Origin: Squalus acanthias
Taxonomy: Eukaryota
NCBI GenBank assembly: GCA_030390025.1
Contig: CM059432.1
Location: 91,514,001 to 91,578,000, forward strand
Reading direction: 5' to 3'
Length of the DNA stretch: 64,000 nt
Shown here: piece by piece, positions 37,846-50,060 of the stretch
How the letters are laid out: each line of letters starts with the position of its first letter
How positions within the stretch are numbered: the stretch's first letter is position 1
Notes under the pieces: generated by a model
Seen by the model: only the letters and a program-made list of their open reading frames with translations
The model's database searches: none
Told to the model about the DNA's origin: nothing
Position numbers and translations under genes: made by a program

Positions 37846-40800
37846 TCACAAGGGTAGTCACTTGGATGTTATGTTGTGTTTATTTTTGAAATGCCACCAG
37901 TTGCTTGTTGTGATAAAAAAATTCTGATGGCAAACTGTTGAAGTTGTGGCCTGTGTCATTTCACAAATGGGACTTCCACATTGAGGGCTTAGAGCGACAT
38001 GCAATTGTCAGTATGGTGGTCAGAGTGATAGGAATCCGTAGGTTCTTGTCCATTGTCGATGCTCTGGTAAGAAGGTGCGAGGCAAAAGTGTTTGATTGTA
38101 CAGGCTAAGCAAATGTGACCAACATGAGTGCGTTCCTTGCATCCCGGGCAGCAATATGGTCGTGCTCTGGCGACTTCTGGCCTGTGCATCTTCAGGTGGG
38201 TGACTACCAGCTTGGCGCTCCTGTTGTTGGTGCTGCTGTTGCTCATGGTTCTGCTGCTGCCGCGGCTGGTCTTCATCCGAATCTGATGTCCAGGAGGAAA
38301 GGAATTAAATGGTCGCCATGCTTCTGGTATATGCCTCAGTTGAGGAAGCGCTTAGTCAAGGTGGGGAGAGGAGTTTCCCAGGAGGTCACACTGGAGATGG
38401 GTGTCAGGTTCCAAACTTCCACACCACTGAGTATGCCTGCTAAAAGTTCCCCCAGACCTGAAACAACAAAGTTCTGCCACCTGCAAATGATCATTGGTGA
38501 AAACTCCTTTTGTAAGGGAGGCGCTGCAGCTGTTCGTAAGCAATCCACTTGTGAGGCCGCCAGCATTACCTATCGTGTTCCAGAGGAGGTGTGAGGGATG
38601 GGGGGAATGACTAAAAATCGGAAAGGCCTCTCAAAATGGGATTATAGAGGCTATTAAGTGGTTGTTAATGGCCTTAAGGGCCTATCCGGCCTCTTGGAGG
38701 CGGGATGGAAAGGGGGTCAGAAAACACGCTTTTGGGAAAATTGCTCGGAGGCGGGATGGAGGCTGGATCGGGCCCGCCCGCCATTTTTCGTGATTTTAAC
38801 AACTCACACGCCTCCAATCCTGCCTCCTCAGGCCTGGCAAAATCGAGCCCTTTGACTCTAGCCCTTCGGGGAGCTGGCAGCAGCACTCTCCTTTCCCCCT
38901 GGCCTAGTTGCAGCCCACTTGTGCCCGGTGACTCACCATGTGCAGATCACACCTCTATACTACCCTCTAAAGTTTGCGCAGTGCCATTTTCTGAGCTGGT
39001 GCCTGGGAATGTCTGATCGAGTGATGGTGTCTCGTCTCTTCACCACCCTCCTCGTCTACTTCTTCCTGCTCAGGCTGGGCGGGTGCCAGTTCTTTGGTAT
39101 CTGAAAGGAGAAAGGCACAAGGGTTGGGTTGTGGGGGAGAGGGGGGGAATGCAAGATGTGCATGCTTACACCATCAGCAGCTTGTAAGTGAGAAGAGATT
39201 GAGAGATGAGGGGGAAGTGGGATGTGAGAAGAAGGATTAGGTATGAACATACGGTCATCATCAATGCTTACAGCCTCGCCGAACACCACGGCTCCTCCAC
39301 TTATCTCCAGAACTGTCTCCTTGAGCTGGGTCAGGTTCTGCGTGCTTGCCCCCTGTCTATTTGCTCCTGCTCTCGCCAGTTGTGAGCCACCTTGGCCTGC
39401 AAGAGAAAGGGAAGTGTGTCAGTGATTGTGGTGCAATGTGTTTGGGTGATGTGCCTGTCATGGTTGAATAGCTGACATTGTGTGCAAGGTGTGAGGATTG
39501 CAGCAGTGGTAGGTGTGTGAGGGTAAGGTGAAGCTATGATTGTGATGTATGAGTCTTGATTGATGGAGATTATTGGTAGGTGAGTGATGGGGGTGTGGTG
39601 CATTAAGCAATGTGTGAGGCTAGTGGTGCAGTTGGTGGGTTATGGCATTTGAAGATGCATTCACTGACCTTGACCACTCGTGTGAGGTCATTAAACTTCT
39701 TCCTGCACTGGATCCATATCCTGGGGGATACGACTGGTGGTACTGACCGCTTCAGCGATCTCCTCCCACTGCCTTCGAACAGTGTGTCTTGAAGGCCTCC
39801 TGGCTCCCTGTGGGTAGAGGACGTGTCTCCTCCTATCGACCCCCTGCACCAAGGTCTCCAGTGCTGCATCTGAGAACTTAAGGTGCCCTTTCTCTGCCCT
39901 GTTGTGACATTGCTAACTTCCTGCTCTCGCAAAGCACCTCCCCTTTAAGAAGTGCAGACAGCCTTTCACTCTGCAGGCAACCCTTAAATAGAGAGCAGAC
40001 TTCCCACGACATTGCTCCCTCTGTTGGGTGCTGAGCCAACCAGCAGCGCGTTTAGTGCTGGGCTCAACACTGCAATCATGTTCATGAGCAGGCAGCACGA
40101 ATTTCACCTGATGCATGCACTACTTTCAACGGGTGTGGGCAGATCGCCCAGCGAGATGTCCGCGCCCCTTTTTGAGCCTCATCCAATTTAGCCCCCCATA
40201 AGTCCAAAGTTACCTTTTTCCTCACTGCTACACTTACCACATGTCATATCTGAAATTACTCTCATACTGTATTCCAAAATGTTGTTTTCTGAAATAAATT
40301 TATCTAATTTCCATTTCTGAGTGTCAAAACAGCTTTGCATCGTGAAAATGATTGCCTTCCGACACTAACAGGAGTGTGGATGACAAGACTGGCACAAAAA
40401 TACTGCCAAGGCAGGTATAGGCCTAGAAATTTGTTTAGGCCAGGAAGTGCCCGGTGCCACTGTGGGCCGAGGTTAACAGCCACCCGCAAAAAGAGCACAG
40501 GCAGCACTGGTATTTTGGTGATCGAAGCGCAGAACCTACTGTGTAACACATTGTTTCAGGCGGTAGTCCCAGCAGGAGGCCCAATGTAGCGTGGCCCAAG
40601 CATCCCTGGAGCGAGGCAGCATTGTCTTAAAGCTAGCCTGTCATTTTAGAAAGCAGTGTCAAGCCTTTAAAGGGAAACTGCCTTCTAAAATGAAAAAAAT
40701 TAAAATCATTGAAAAATAAGTAGTCTATAGCCCTTAGAGCTCAACTGTTTCTGAAAAAAATAAACATTAAGAATAATTCCAACAGTCTTCAACTTTTAAA

Positions 40801-42097
40801 GCTGAACTGCCTTCTGCACATTAAAAAAAATGGTAATAGTGCTTCAGCGCTAACACAAATGGGTCAACAAGCCAACTTTGTGCAGGGGATCAACACTACA
40901 AGAGAGATCCTCTACCACAGGTGCCAGGAGGTCCTCCAGAAAGAACAATATGGGACCAGATCACCAAGGCTGTCACTGCCAGCAGTGTCACCCCCCCCAC
41001 CACCTGACTCTAGTGCCCAAAGAAGTTTCATGACAGCAGACCAGTGGTCAAGGTCAGTGAATGCATCTTCAAAAGCCATCACTTACCAACTGTACCACGA
41101 GCCTTACACACGGCTCAATGCATGACTCCCCACCCGCCCCAATCACTCACCTGCCAACAATCTGTACCAAACGCAAGGCACACCTCACATTCCTAGCTTC
41201 ACCTCACCCCCTTTGAGGAGACGGTGCTGGCCATTTTTGGCAGGGACATGAGTGAGCCCTTGGCCAGCAGTGGGGCTGAAAGGATACAAGATGCCGGTAT
41301 CCTCATACATTATCCTCCTCCTCACATCCCACTTGCCTCTCATCCCATAATCTCTTCTGATTTACTCGGTGCGCATGGTGTAAGTATGCAGCTCTTGCTT
41401 TCCTGCCCTCCGCTCGCCACAACTCTACCCTTGTGCCTTCCTTATTTCAGAAATGCAGCCTGCCCAGCCAGTGGTTGACCAAGGAGAGTGAAGAAGAAGG
41501 AGACACACCGTCACTCAATTTGACACTCCCAGCCAGCAGCTCCTTGAGGTCTGCAGTGTCCCCCACTGAAATTCAGCCATGCTGCAGCCACTGTGGTAGC
41601 ATTTCATAGGAGTACTAGAATAGGCAAAGGCAGACACAAGACACTCATTAAGGGAATGCAGAAGCGTGATTAGTTGATTTCTTGATGCCATATTGGATGC
41701 CTATATGGATAAAGTTGGATTGGAAAGTTAGCTTTGTGGTGGCTTTTATTTCAGTATTGTGGCCAAGATGACGCTGTGATGGTCAGTAACAGAGGGAAGG
41801 TAAGGTGTGGGACAAATGTTGAAAGGGGAATTGGGGTTTTGGTCACTGGTATCGCAGGCGGATGATTCCATCCCGTATACCCCGGCCAGAAAGGGGCTGA
41901 CTGGGTTGCAGCCTTCCCTCTGCTTACTCCTCTTCTGCTTCCTCCTCTTCCCTCTGTAAGCAACTTGTCCCCTTTGCTGCCTCTGATTCATCTCCTTGTG
42001 CCCCCCAGGACTGTGAGCAAGTGTTTTTCCCAGAGGCCAAACAATGCAGATGCAGGAAATACTCAGCAGGTCAGGCAGCGTCTCAACCTGAGACATT

Positions 42098-42849
42098 GGG
42101 CTGGATTTTGAATGACCCATGGAGTCGGGTTTGGAGGCGTGTGGGGGGTTAAATTTGCGGGGTCGGGGGTTCCGACTCCATCCCGCCTCCACGCAATTTT
42201 GACAAAATCAGTCGCGGGGTTCCCGACTCCATCCCACCTCCAAGAGGCGGGAGAGGCCATTAAAGCCCTTAACAAGCCCTAAATTGGCTCTGTAATGCCA
42301 TTTTGAAACGTTTTAGCTAGTTTAACCCTTTTCTGACGTGAAGTACGCCTGGTGTGAAACACTCCAGTGAAACCTGGCGGGAGCACAAGTGGACAGCTGA
42401 CTATCAGCTGCAGGTCCACTATTACAACGGAGATGTAATGAAGGTAGTATTAGGTCTGAAAGTCGCCGCTGCTGCATTGAATGTGTTCAGAGACTGCCTG
42501 GCCTTTGCTGTGAGAGGACTTGGATGCAAAAAAAAATTCTCTCTCCTTCTCTCTCCTTCTCCCCCCCCCCCCCCCTATTTTGCATCCAGGTCCACTCACA
42601 TCAAAAGCAAGCCAGGCAGGTCCTCTCTCACCAACAGTCTCTGAGACTAGGCAGTCAGCAATGATGACATCATCAGAGGCGACTTTCAGACTGAAACCAC
42701 TAATTGTTTCATGGGTTCCCACATGCTGGAACTCAATTGCCCAATTAAGTGAAAATTGCATCATTCATCCACATTAATCTGGAGTCGGGGGGGAAACACG
42801 AAATGCGGATGACACGACCCCAACCCGACCCCAAGACAAAATCCAGCCC
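42098..42849. mobile_element. Harbinger MITE
   Basis: Perfect 12-bp TIR GGGCTGGATTTT / AAAATCCAGCCC with an ATT target duplication. Confidence 0.92.
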
Positions 42850-42864
42850 ATTAACTCTGTACAA

Positions 42865-43228
42865 TAGCAAAATACTGCGGATGCTGGAAATCTGAAATAA
42901 CAACAGAAAATGCTGGAAGCACTCAGCAGGCCAGGCAGCATCCGTAGAGAGAGAAACAGAGTTAACGTTTCAGGTCTGTGACCCTTCATCAGAACTGGAA
43001 TAGGTTAGAGATGTAACAGGTTTTAAGCAGGTGCAGGGAAAGGGGGAGGGGAGGAAGGAACTGAAGGAATAGTCTGTGCTAGGGTAGGAGGCAAGAGAGA
43101 TTAAATGTTGCAAATGGGGATGGCAGAATCATAAACAGCCTGAAAAATGGGGGCAGGAGTTATAGTCTGAAATTGTTTCTCTGTCTACGGATGCTGTCTG
43201 ACGTGCTGAGTATTTCTAGCATTTTCTG
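42865..43228. mobile_element. Penelope-like element remnant with an inverted partial terminal repeat
   Basis: 43175-43228 is an inverted copy of 42905-42958; contains a hammerhead core; the PLE assignment is inference. Confidence 0.65.
42960..42996 (-). ncRNA. Minimal type I hammerhead ribozyme motif
   Basis: AGUU-CUGAUGA-AGGGUCACAGACCU-GAAA-CGU-U-AACU: conserved core, stem I AGUU/AACU, stem II, palindromic ACGU in place of stem III. Confidence 0.7.
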
Positions 43229-44109
43229 TCTTCTCAGAGGCCTTCTTTTACCATCTGAAGCCTTGCAAGTGTCTAGCAGCACGCCCTGCACACTTAAAAA
43301 ATGTATGAAATCTATTGCACCAAGCTACTACTTCAATCAAATATTAAAAAGCAGTCCAAAAACTGAAAGATGTGTGTGTGTCCCATTAAGAAGCACTGAC
43401 AGCACTTCTGCAGGGCTGCTTCACACATGCTTTTCTGTGCATGGTTCGGACCCAGCATAACGGAGAGCGAGAATGTCCAAATTAGCAGCTGCGGCATCAA
43501 ATCAGGCATTGCATGGCGATTGATGTCATGATCTGCTTATTTAAACTTGAGAGGCCTGCACTGTCAACGGCAGTGCTATGGCCCTTACCAAAATTGTAGC
43601 CGCCATGCCCCACGCCAGAAGCGGGTGGAAGCGAGGCAGCCACCGTTTTTTCTATAAAACCGGCCTTAACGAATTTCTAGGCCAAGAAGTTTAGAAAGAA
43701 CTCTCGGAACAATTCACTACCTGCTGGACAGAGATTCCACAGCTTCATTGTCGCCTTTGTGGGCCTCCATGGTTGAGTGTCAGGCCGAGACCATAAATCA
43801 TGTCATTAGCAGGGTCCTCTACGACATTAATTATCAGCCCTAAATGGCTGTGGCAAGAATAATGTGGATTAATGTCGTAAATCCAGCAATTTCATGATCG
43901 CCATTAACTTCAATGTGGAGCATCACTGTGAGCGGGGAGTTTTATCGGCTTTGGCGAGGCTAACAGCGGAACAGCGCAAATCAGCCAACAATTCACGGAG
44001 AACCGGAACTCATGATGTATCTCTTACACCGCAAATTGCTGGATTTTTAACAAATTAATATTGACGAGCACCGTCAATGCGTCATTATTTTTCCAGCAAT
44101 ATCTAGCCC

Positions 44110-44220
44110 AATGTCCCTGATGATGCAGCACTACCTTAGTACTGCACTGGCGTGTCAGCCTAGAATGACTCAAGTCCTAGGAAAGGGATCACAACCCTCT
44201 GCCTCACACCCACCAGAAAC
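44110..44220 (-). mobile_element. Degenerate Deu-SINE head fragment
   Basis: GCAGCACTACCTTAGTACTGCACTGGCGTGTCAGCCTAGA matches 25437-25478. Confidence 0.6.
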
Positions 44221-44729
44221 TGGATTGATATTGCCCTTACTCACTTCATTCAGGTCACTTAGAGGAGAGTGGAGGTCCATTGTTTCAGCCTGGTTTAAAC
44301 AATGGTTTAATTCACCCGCTACTTGATCATCTGGAAAAGATGATCTGTAACACTGATTTGCAAGAATTAAGGGGGTGAGATTCATTATCGCCCAGGAATG
44401 GGCGCTAACTTCGGAAAAGTTTCACATTTAGCGACAGGCGCTAACGAATCTCGCTGCATGCAAAATTCAGTGTCATCGCTCAAAGAAAGGACGGGAGCGC
44501 TAAATCAAGTGCTAATGGCCTAGCTCAGTGGCACTACACTCAAAGTGCTAACCAATATCAGGTGCAGTCTAATCGCTAGTCGTCATTGCCACAGGCTCTT
44601 TCCAGTTATTAAAGGGGAGGTTCATTCATGCTGCAGAACCTCATTCTCAGCATTGCTGGCTGTGAACCTGTGTCAGCAAGCAGGAACAGGCCAAGCCCAA
44701 GGACCCAGATGACTCGAGCAGGTTTCATA

Positions 44730-46634
44730 ATGGCAGATCCACACCCCAGGGAGAGAGCCTGCAGATTTTCGGATCAAGCATTGGAGGAGTTGATGTCTGC
44801 TGTGGAGAGACGGGGGGTGGTGTTCTACCCGGCAAGTGGCAGGAGGCCCTCGCCGCAAGTCTTCCGTGTCACATAGAGGGAGGTAGCCCATCAGGTCTCG
44901 GGCAGCACTGTGGTCTCCAGGACCCACACATATGCAGAAAGAAATTTAACGACCTCACTCAGGTGGTCAGAGTGAGTCAATGCCTCAACAAATGCTACAT
45001 ACCACCATCTGAACCACAGTCTGCACACACTGGCCAAAACACCACACCCCCAGCACTCACCCACCAACAATCTCTACCTACCAACACTCACACCCACATC
45101 TCACACCTTGCACACAATTACAGCTATTCAACAATGGAAGGCACATCACCCAAACACATTGCTCCACACTCACTCACACACTTTCCTCTCTCTTGCAGGC
45201 CAAGGTGGCCCATAATAGGAGGGAGCAGGAGCCCACAGGCATGGGACAAGCCAACACCCAACCACTGTCTGTGCTGGAGAATAGAGTGTTGGAGATCATT
45301 GGGCGCCAGGTGGTGGGCGCCGTGGCCACCGGCGACATTGACCCCCTTGGGGACAACAACAGTATGTTCATCCCTACTCCTTCTTCTCACATCCCACTTC
45401 CTCCTCACCCCACAAGCCTTTCGCACTTTCCAGCTAACCATGCTGTATGCATGCATTTCTCCCTTCCTGACCCTCTCCCCTCACCTTAACCCGACTCTTG
45501 TGCCTTTCTGCTTTCAGATAATGAGCAAGCACCTGAGCAGTCTATCACTGAGGACATCATAGAGAGCGAGGAGGGAGAAGAGGAGGAGGAAGAACACACC
45601 GCGTCGCTGCATGTCTCACCCGCAGGCACCAGCTCAGATACTAGCAGTACGCGTTCTTTAGAGGCTAGTATAGTAGCGGGAACTGCACAGGGTGAGGCAC
45701 TGGGGACGAGTGGCCTGCAGCAAGGCCAGGAGGAAAGGGTAGCTCGGGGGCCAGCTCCCTGGAGGGCAAGTTCAAGCACGAGTTCTGCTGCACAGGACTC
45801 AGATGAGGACCTCGATGGGGTGGCCTTTAGAAGAAGGGTGATGGGCATGCACACGGAAATCATAGGTGCAATGGCAAGGGTGCCCGAGAGCCTGTCGGCA
45901 ATGATAAGAAGTGTGGAGGAGTCCGCCTCCAACATTGCACAAAGCTCACGCACAACTTGGAGCCCATAATTTCCAGTCTGAAAGGATTGTAAACTCCCAG
46001 AGAGACCATGGCGAACCAGACCTGATGCCACGTGTGATGGGCGATCTGGCAGCTTCCATTGCAGCACAGGCGGAAGCGACGCAACGTCTTAGTGCTGTAA
46101 TGCAGTCTATGGTTGGTACCATTCAATCTCAGATTGCTCTCATGCAGTCTCAGCTTGATGCCACGCAAGCTCTGACTGCTGCCATCATGGCTGGGCCTAC
46201 CACCGTCGACCGGGGCTTTCACGGTGTCACAGCAGGCCAGCAATCTGTGCTCCAACAGATTGTTAGGGATGCTGAGGTGCTACCCCAGGGGCAGTGGCAG
46301 TGGGTCAGTGGAGCAGGAACCTGCTGTCCTCTCTCAGGATAATAGCATTCCTGCTCCCACCACTGACACTCCACCATTGCCCTTGTTGCTGCCTGTCATC
46401 CAGCCAGTCTAGACTGCTGCTGCCCATGCTGAGGTGGTGCAGTCTACATCTGTGACTTCCAGGCCCAGAGCTGGTCGAGGGCATCCTGCAAGACCATCTG
46501 AAGTCTCCCGCACGGATATTCAGCAGCCTTCCACCAGCCCTGCTGCAGCCACTGGGCCAACACTTCATAGGAGCACTAGAGTAGGCAAAGGCACAGTAAC
46601 AAGAGGCGCTAAAGCATTGCACAAGGGTGAATAG
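44730..46634 (+). pseudogene. Three-exon Myb/SANT-like gene (44730-44971; 45199-45361; 45518-46634), disrupted
   Basis: RERACRFSDQALEEL...CRKKFNDLTQVVR then GTGAGT; TTGCAG then AKVAHNRREQEPTG; acidic and coiled-coil-like exon 3. Confidence 0.88.
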
Positions 46635-46797
46635 TAAATATTGCTGTTGTAAAGATGTGTTCACTGATTATTGATAAATTTATTAATACACTAGATAATT
46701 TTGTACTGTCTCTCATTTCAGCTTTGTGTTGTAATATGGCCTACGACAGGGATGGAATGATGGGGATGTGGTGAGCAACGGGGATCTGGGGTTGAAT

Positions 46798-47971
46798 TTA
46801 CTGGAACTGCAGTCTGATGAGACAGTCACGGACCACCCTTCTGGAAGGCCGATTGAGTGGCTGCCTCCTCCCTCGCTCCTGTTCCTCCTCCTCCTCATCT
46901 TCCTCGTCCTCCTCCTCCTCCTCTCCCTCTTCCTCCTCCTGAGGTGGTCCCGCAATCCCTGCTGGCAAGGGCTGAGCCCTCATGATGGCCTGATTGTGGG
47001 CATACAGCACACCACGACGAAATGGGACACCCGCTCCACCGAGCACTGGAGGGCTCCTCCTGAGCGGTCAAGGCAGCGGAACCATTACTTGAGCACCCTG
47101 ATGGTTTGCTCGATGATGTTCCTGGTGGCAGCATGGCTCTCATTATATGAGTGCTGGGCACGAGTGTTGGGGTTGCGGAGAGGAGTCATGAGCCAGGTGG
47201 AGAGCGGATAGCCCTTGTCTCCGACCAGCCAGCCGCAAGCTTGATGTGATGGCTGGAAGAGGGCTGGCACACCAGTCAGATGCAGGATGAACGCATTGTG
47301 GCTGCTGCCAGGAGAGCGGGCATTCACCTTGAGGATTCGCTGTCTGTGGTCGCACACCAACTGCACATTAAGTGAGTGGTAGCCTTTGCGGTTACGTAAG
47401 ATCTCAGGATTGTTATGTGATGCCTGCAAAGCTACATGGGTGCAGTCAATGGCGCCATGCACCATGGGGAATCCCACTATCCTGGCAAAGCCACATGCAC
47501 GCTCATCCTGCTTCTCTCTGGTGATGGGGAAGGAAATATAATCCCTTCTCCTACTGTAGAGACCCTCTGTGACCTGTCGGATGTAGCGATGGACGACGAA
47601 CTGCGAGATGTTACCTATGTCTCCTGTTGCAGACTGGAAGGTTCCGCTGGTGAAGAAATTAAGGGCAACGGTGACCTTGACTGCCGCTGAGAGAGCCATG
47701 GTTGCCCTGATCTGAGGCTGGAGGTCTGGTTGCAGGAGGTAGCAGAGTTCTGTGACCACCTCCTTGCTGAAGTGGAGCCTTCTAATACACTGCTCCTCGC
47801 TTAATTGGAGGTAGAAGTGCTGTCGGAATACGCTCGGAGGGACAGGCCTCCAGTTGAGAGCCCTGATGACCCTCCTCCTCCCTCTGGCCACATGTTCAAT
47901 CTTTCTCGCTGCCTCCGCTCTCTCCGCAGTAGATCCTGGAGGGCGAGGTCGACTGCCAGTACAGCCCCCAT
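46798..47971 (-). pseudogene. Harbinger DDE transposase, nearly intact
   Basis: 268-aa open core 47085-47891 with GAIDCTH, LVGDKGY and IIEQTI (D-D-E); N-terminal frameshift and premature stop. Confidence 0.93.
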
Positions 47972-49439
47972 TAATGTAAGGAAGTGCAGCACTTTGTTAT
48001 TTTGTGAGAATAAATGTAACTAATTGTTAGTAGCCACAACACTCCGGAGACTAACCAACCTTTAAATAACTGAATTAAACTGTTGCACAATGTCAAACTG
48101 ACAAAGAAGCAGTGAAACTGCACTAACATGACAGCTGCGACTCATTACTCATGAACCCTTTAAGTATCGCCCCTGGAGCCGGCTACTGACTGCTTCATGC
48201 CTCCTCTCCCTGCCGCTATTGGGGCAAGGCGCTAAGGCAGGGGGCGATACTCAATTTGGCAGATCGGCCGCCCAGTGAGCGTTGCACGCTCACTGACATC
48301 ACGATCTGCCTGGCGCTGCAGTCCCCGGCGCTAACTCGTAGCGGCGGCGCTACGGGGGGGGGGGGGGCGAATTTGGCGTGCGGCGCTGGATTCGCCACGC
48401 TGCGGCGCTACTACCTCAGCATCCCATTAGCGCCCCCACCAGGCGCTAACTGGAGGTGCTAACCAACCAAATTTCTCCCCCTAAGAGTGTGGAAAAATCC
48501 AATTGTGTTTTTTTAAAAAAAGAATTATTATGCAGTATTAGAAATTTTAATTAGCCATTAATGTTGACTAATGATGGAGACACATTGGTTAGCACATCTA
48601 TTGAAAATTGTCAGTCACCAGGTCTATCGCAACAGCAATCCCTGAGCCTGGGTTTAGTTACCCAATACTGTTATAACATTTTTAGTGGTCTTGTACAATG
48701 ATGCACAACATGTTTATCATCTGTGGCTGCCACAATAGGTAGCATGGCTTGGATATGAGAGGGAGACTAGGCTGCTTTTTTCAGTGACTTTTTGGAGATA
48801 AATACTGTAGAAGTGCCGGACTGCACCTAATAAATTTGACCTTATATCTTTATGACATTGGGAATGCTTTATTGGAGATGCGAGGATTCTTCAAATTGTC
48901 ATTCTGTGAGTCCTATCCAGAGCTAGGTTACATGAACAAGTTTCCATTCCATGGATGAAAAATATTTGCAATGTATATGCTACATTCAACCAAGTGTTCA
49001 AATAAATAAGCGGTGTTATCCAGGAGTGTTTACTGCCCCAGGAAATTGAAAGCTGGCTGGATGATTGAGGAGTCTTTCATTCAACTGGTATATCTTCAGT
49101 TTTATGCTACAATGCAATCACAGGTATGATGTAATGACTATTTAATTAGTGATATTATTTATATAAAAGTTTTCTGAGCATCTGTGATAGTTTATATAAA
49201 ATAAGACATCAACAAATCACTAATATTTAAAAAGGAAAAAGAAACCTAGTTATTTCCTGCTGAATGTTTGAAGGGATAAACTACCATCCCTACAAACAAT
49301 AAAATCTTATGTATGATGCCAGGCAATGCTCAGCATCTGACGTTAGATACTTTAACTGGTGTTGTCAAGTAAAATGTTTTTACTACTGGCACTAACATGA
49401 GGCCTAATCATTTGCTGCAAAAATGACAAAATAATGTAA

Positions 49440-49880
49440 CACATCCAGACAAAGCAGTCCATCCAGGGCAAAGTAGTCCGCTTGATCGGCACCCATCCAA
49501 CCAACTTAAGCATCTACGCTCTCCGCCACCAATTTACCATGGCTGCAGTGTGTACTATCCACAGGATGCACCCAGCAAGTCCAAGGCTTCTTCGGCAGCA
49601 CATCCCAAACTCACGACCTCCAGCACCTAGAAGGACAAAGGCAGCAGGTGCATGGGAACACCATCACTTCAAAGTCGCGCACCATCCTGACTTGAACATA
49701 TATCGCCGATCCTTCATCGTTGCTCGGTCAAAATCCTGGAACTCCCTAACTAACAGCACTGTGAGAGCACCTTTATCCCATGGACTGCAGCGGTTCAAAA
49801 AGAAGGCCCATCATCACCACCTCAAGGGCAATTAGGAATGGGCAATAAAATGCCAGCAATGCCCACATCCCAAGAATAAT
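49440..49880 (+). mobile_element. 3' fragment of the second CR1-group LINE family
   Basis: AAVCTIHRMH...SKSWNSL...HHHLKGN; tail AAGGGCAATTAGGAATGGGCAATAAA. Confidence 0.85.
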
Positions 49881-50060
49881 AAATAGAAATTGGTGGCGTG
49901 AAAGAGGATTTCTGATTTCATTTCTACCTTCTGATATAAAGCATGATGCAACATATTGATATTATAGATTTCACAATCAAGCAGTCCCAACGGAGAATAG
50001 TTTTTCCACAGTGCACATCTCTGCAAATAACAGAATCACCCCTGTAGTTTCAGCGTATGT

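Larger units (their letters stand above)
34853..38850. mobile_element. Harbinger element C: Myb gene retained, transposase core missing
   Basis: TIRs GGGCTGGATTTTG / CAAAATCGAGCCC; flanks TAT/TTT inside a CR1 tail. Confidence 0.88.
30141..40197. mobile_element. Harbinger element B, composite, with nested insertions
   Basis: Termini GGGGCCTAGAAATTGGATGAGGC / GCCTCATCCAATTTAGCCCCCC; Myb exons 1-2 (+) 30436-31113, transposase (+) 31418-32502, Myb (-) 39910 down to about 32660. Confidence 0.8.
40420..43683. mobile_element. Harbinger element E, old and internally deleted
   Basis: TIRs GGCCTAGAAATTTGTTTAGGCC / GGCCTTAACGAATTTCTAGGCC; decayed Myb exons 40860-41670; transposase leader remnant 43230-43300 (-). 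Confidence 0.78.
44371..48481. mobile_element. Harbinger element D: complete, uninterrupted two-gene architecture, 4.1 kb
   Basis: TAA|GGGGGTGAGATT ... AATTTCTCCCCC|TAA; convergent Myb (+) and transposase (-); subterminal GCGCTAA repeats. Confidence 0.93.

Noticed and set aside
47085..47891. Host HARBI1 gene
   Set aside because: It lies between TIRs with a TSD, has several decayed paralogs in the window, and carries a stop and a frameshift
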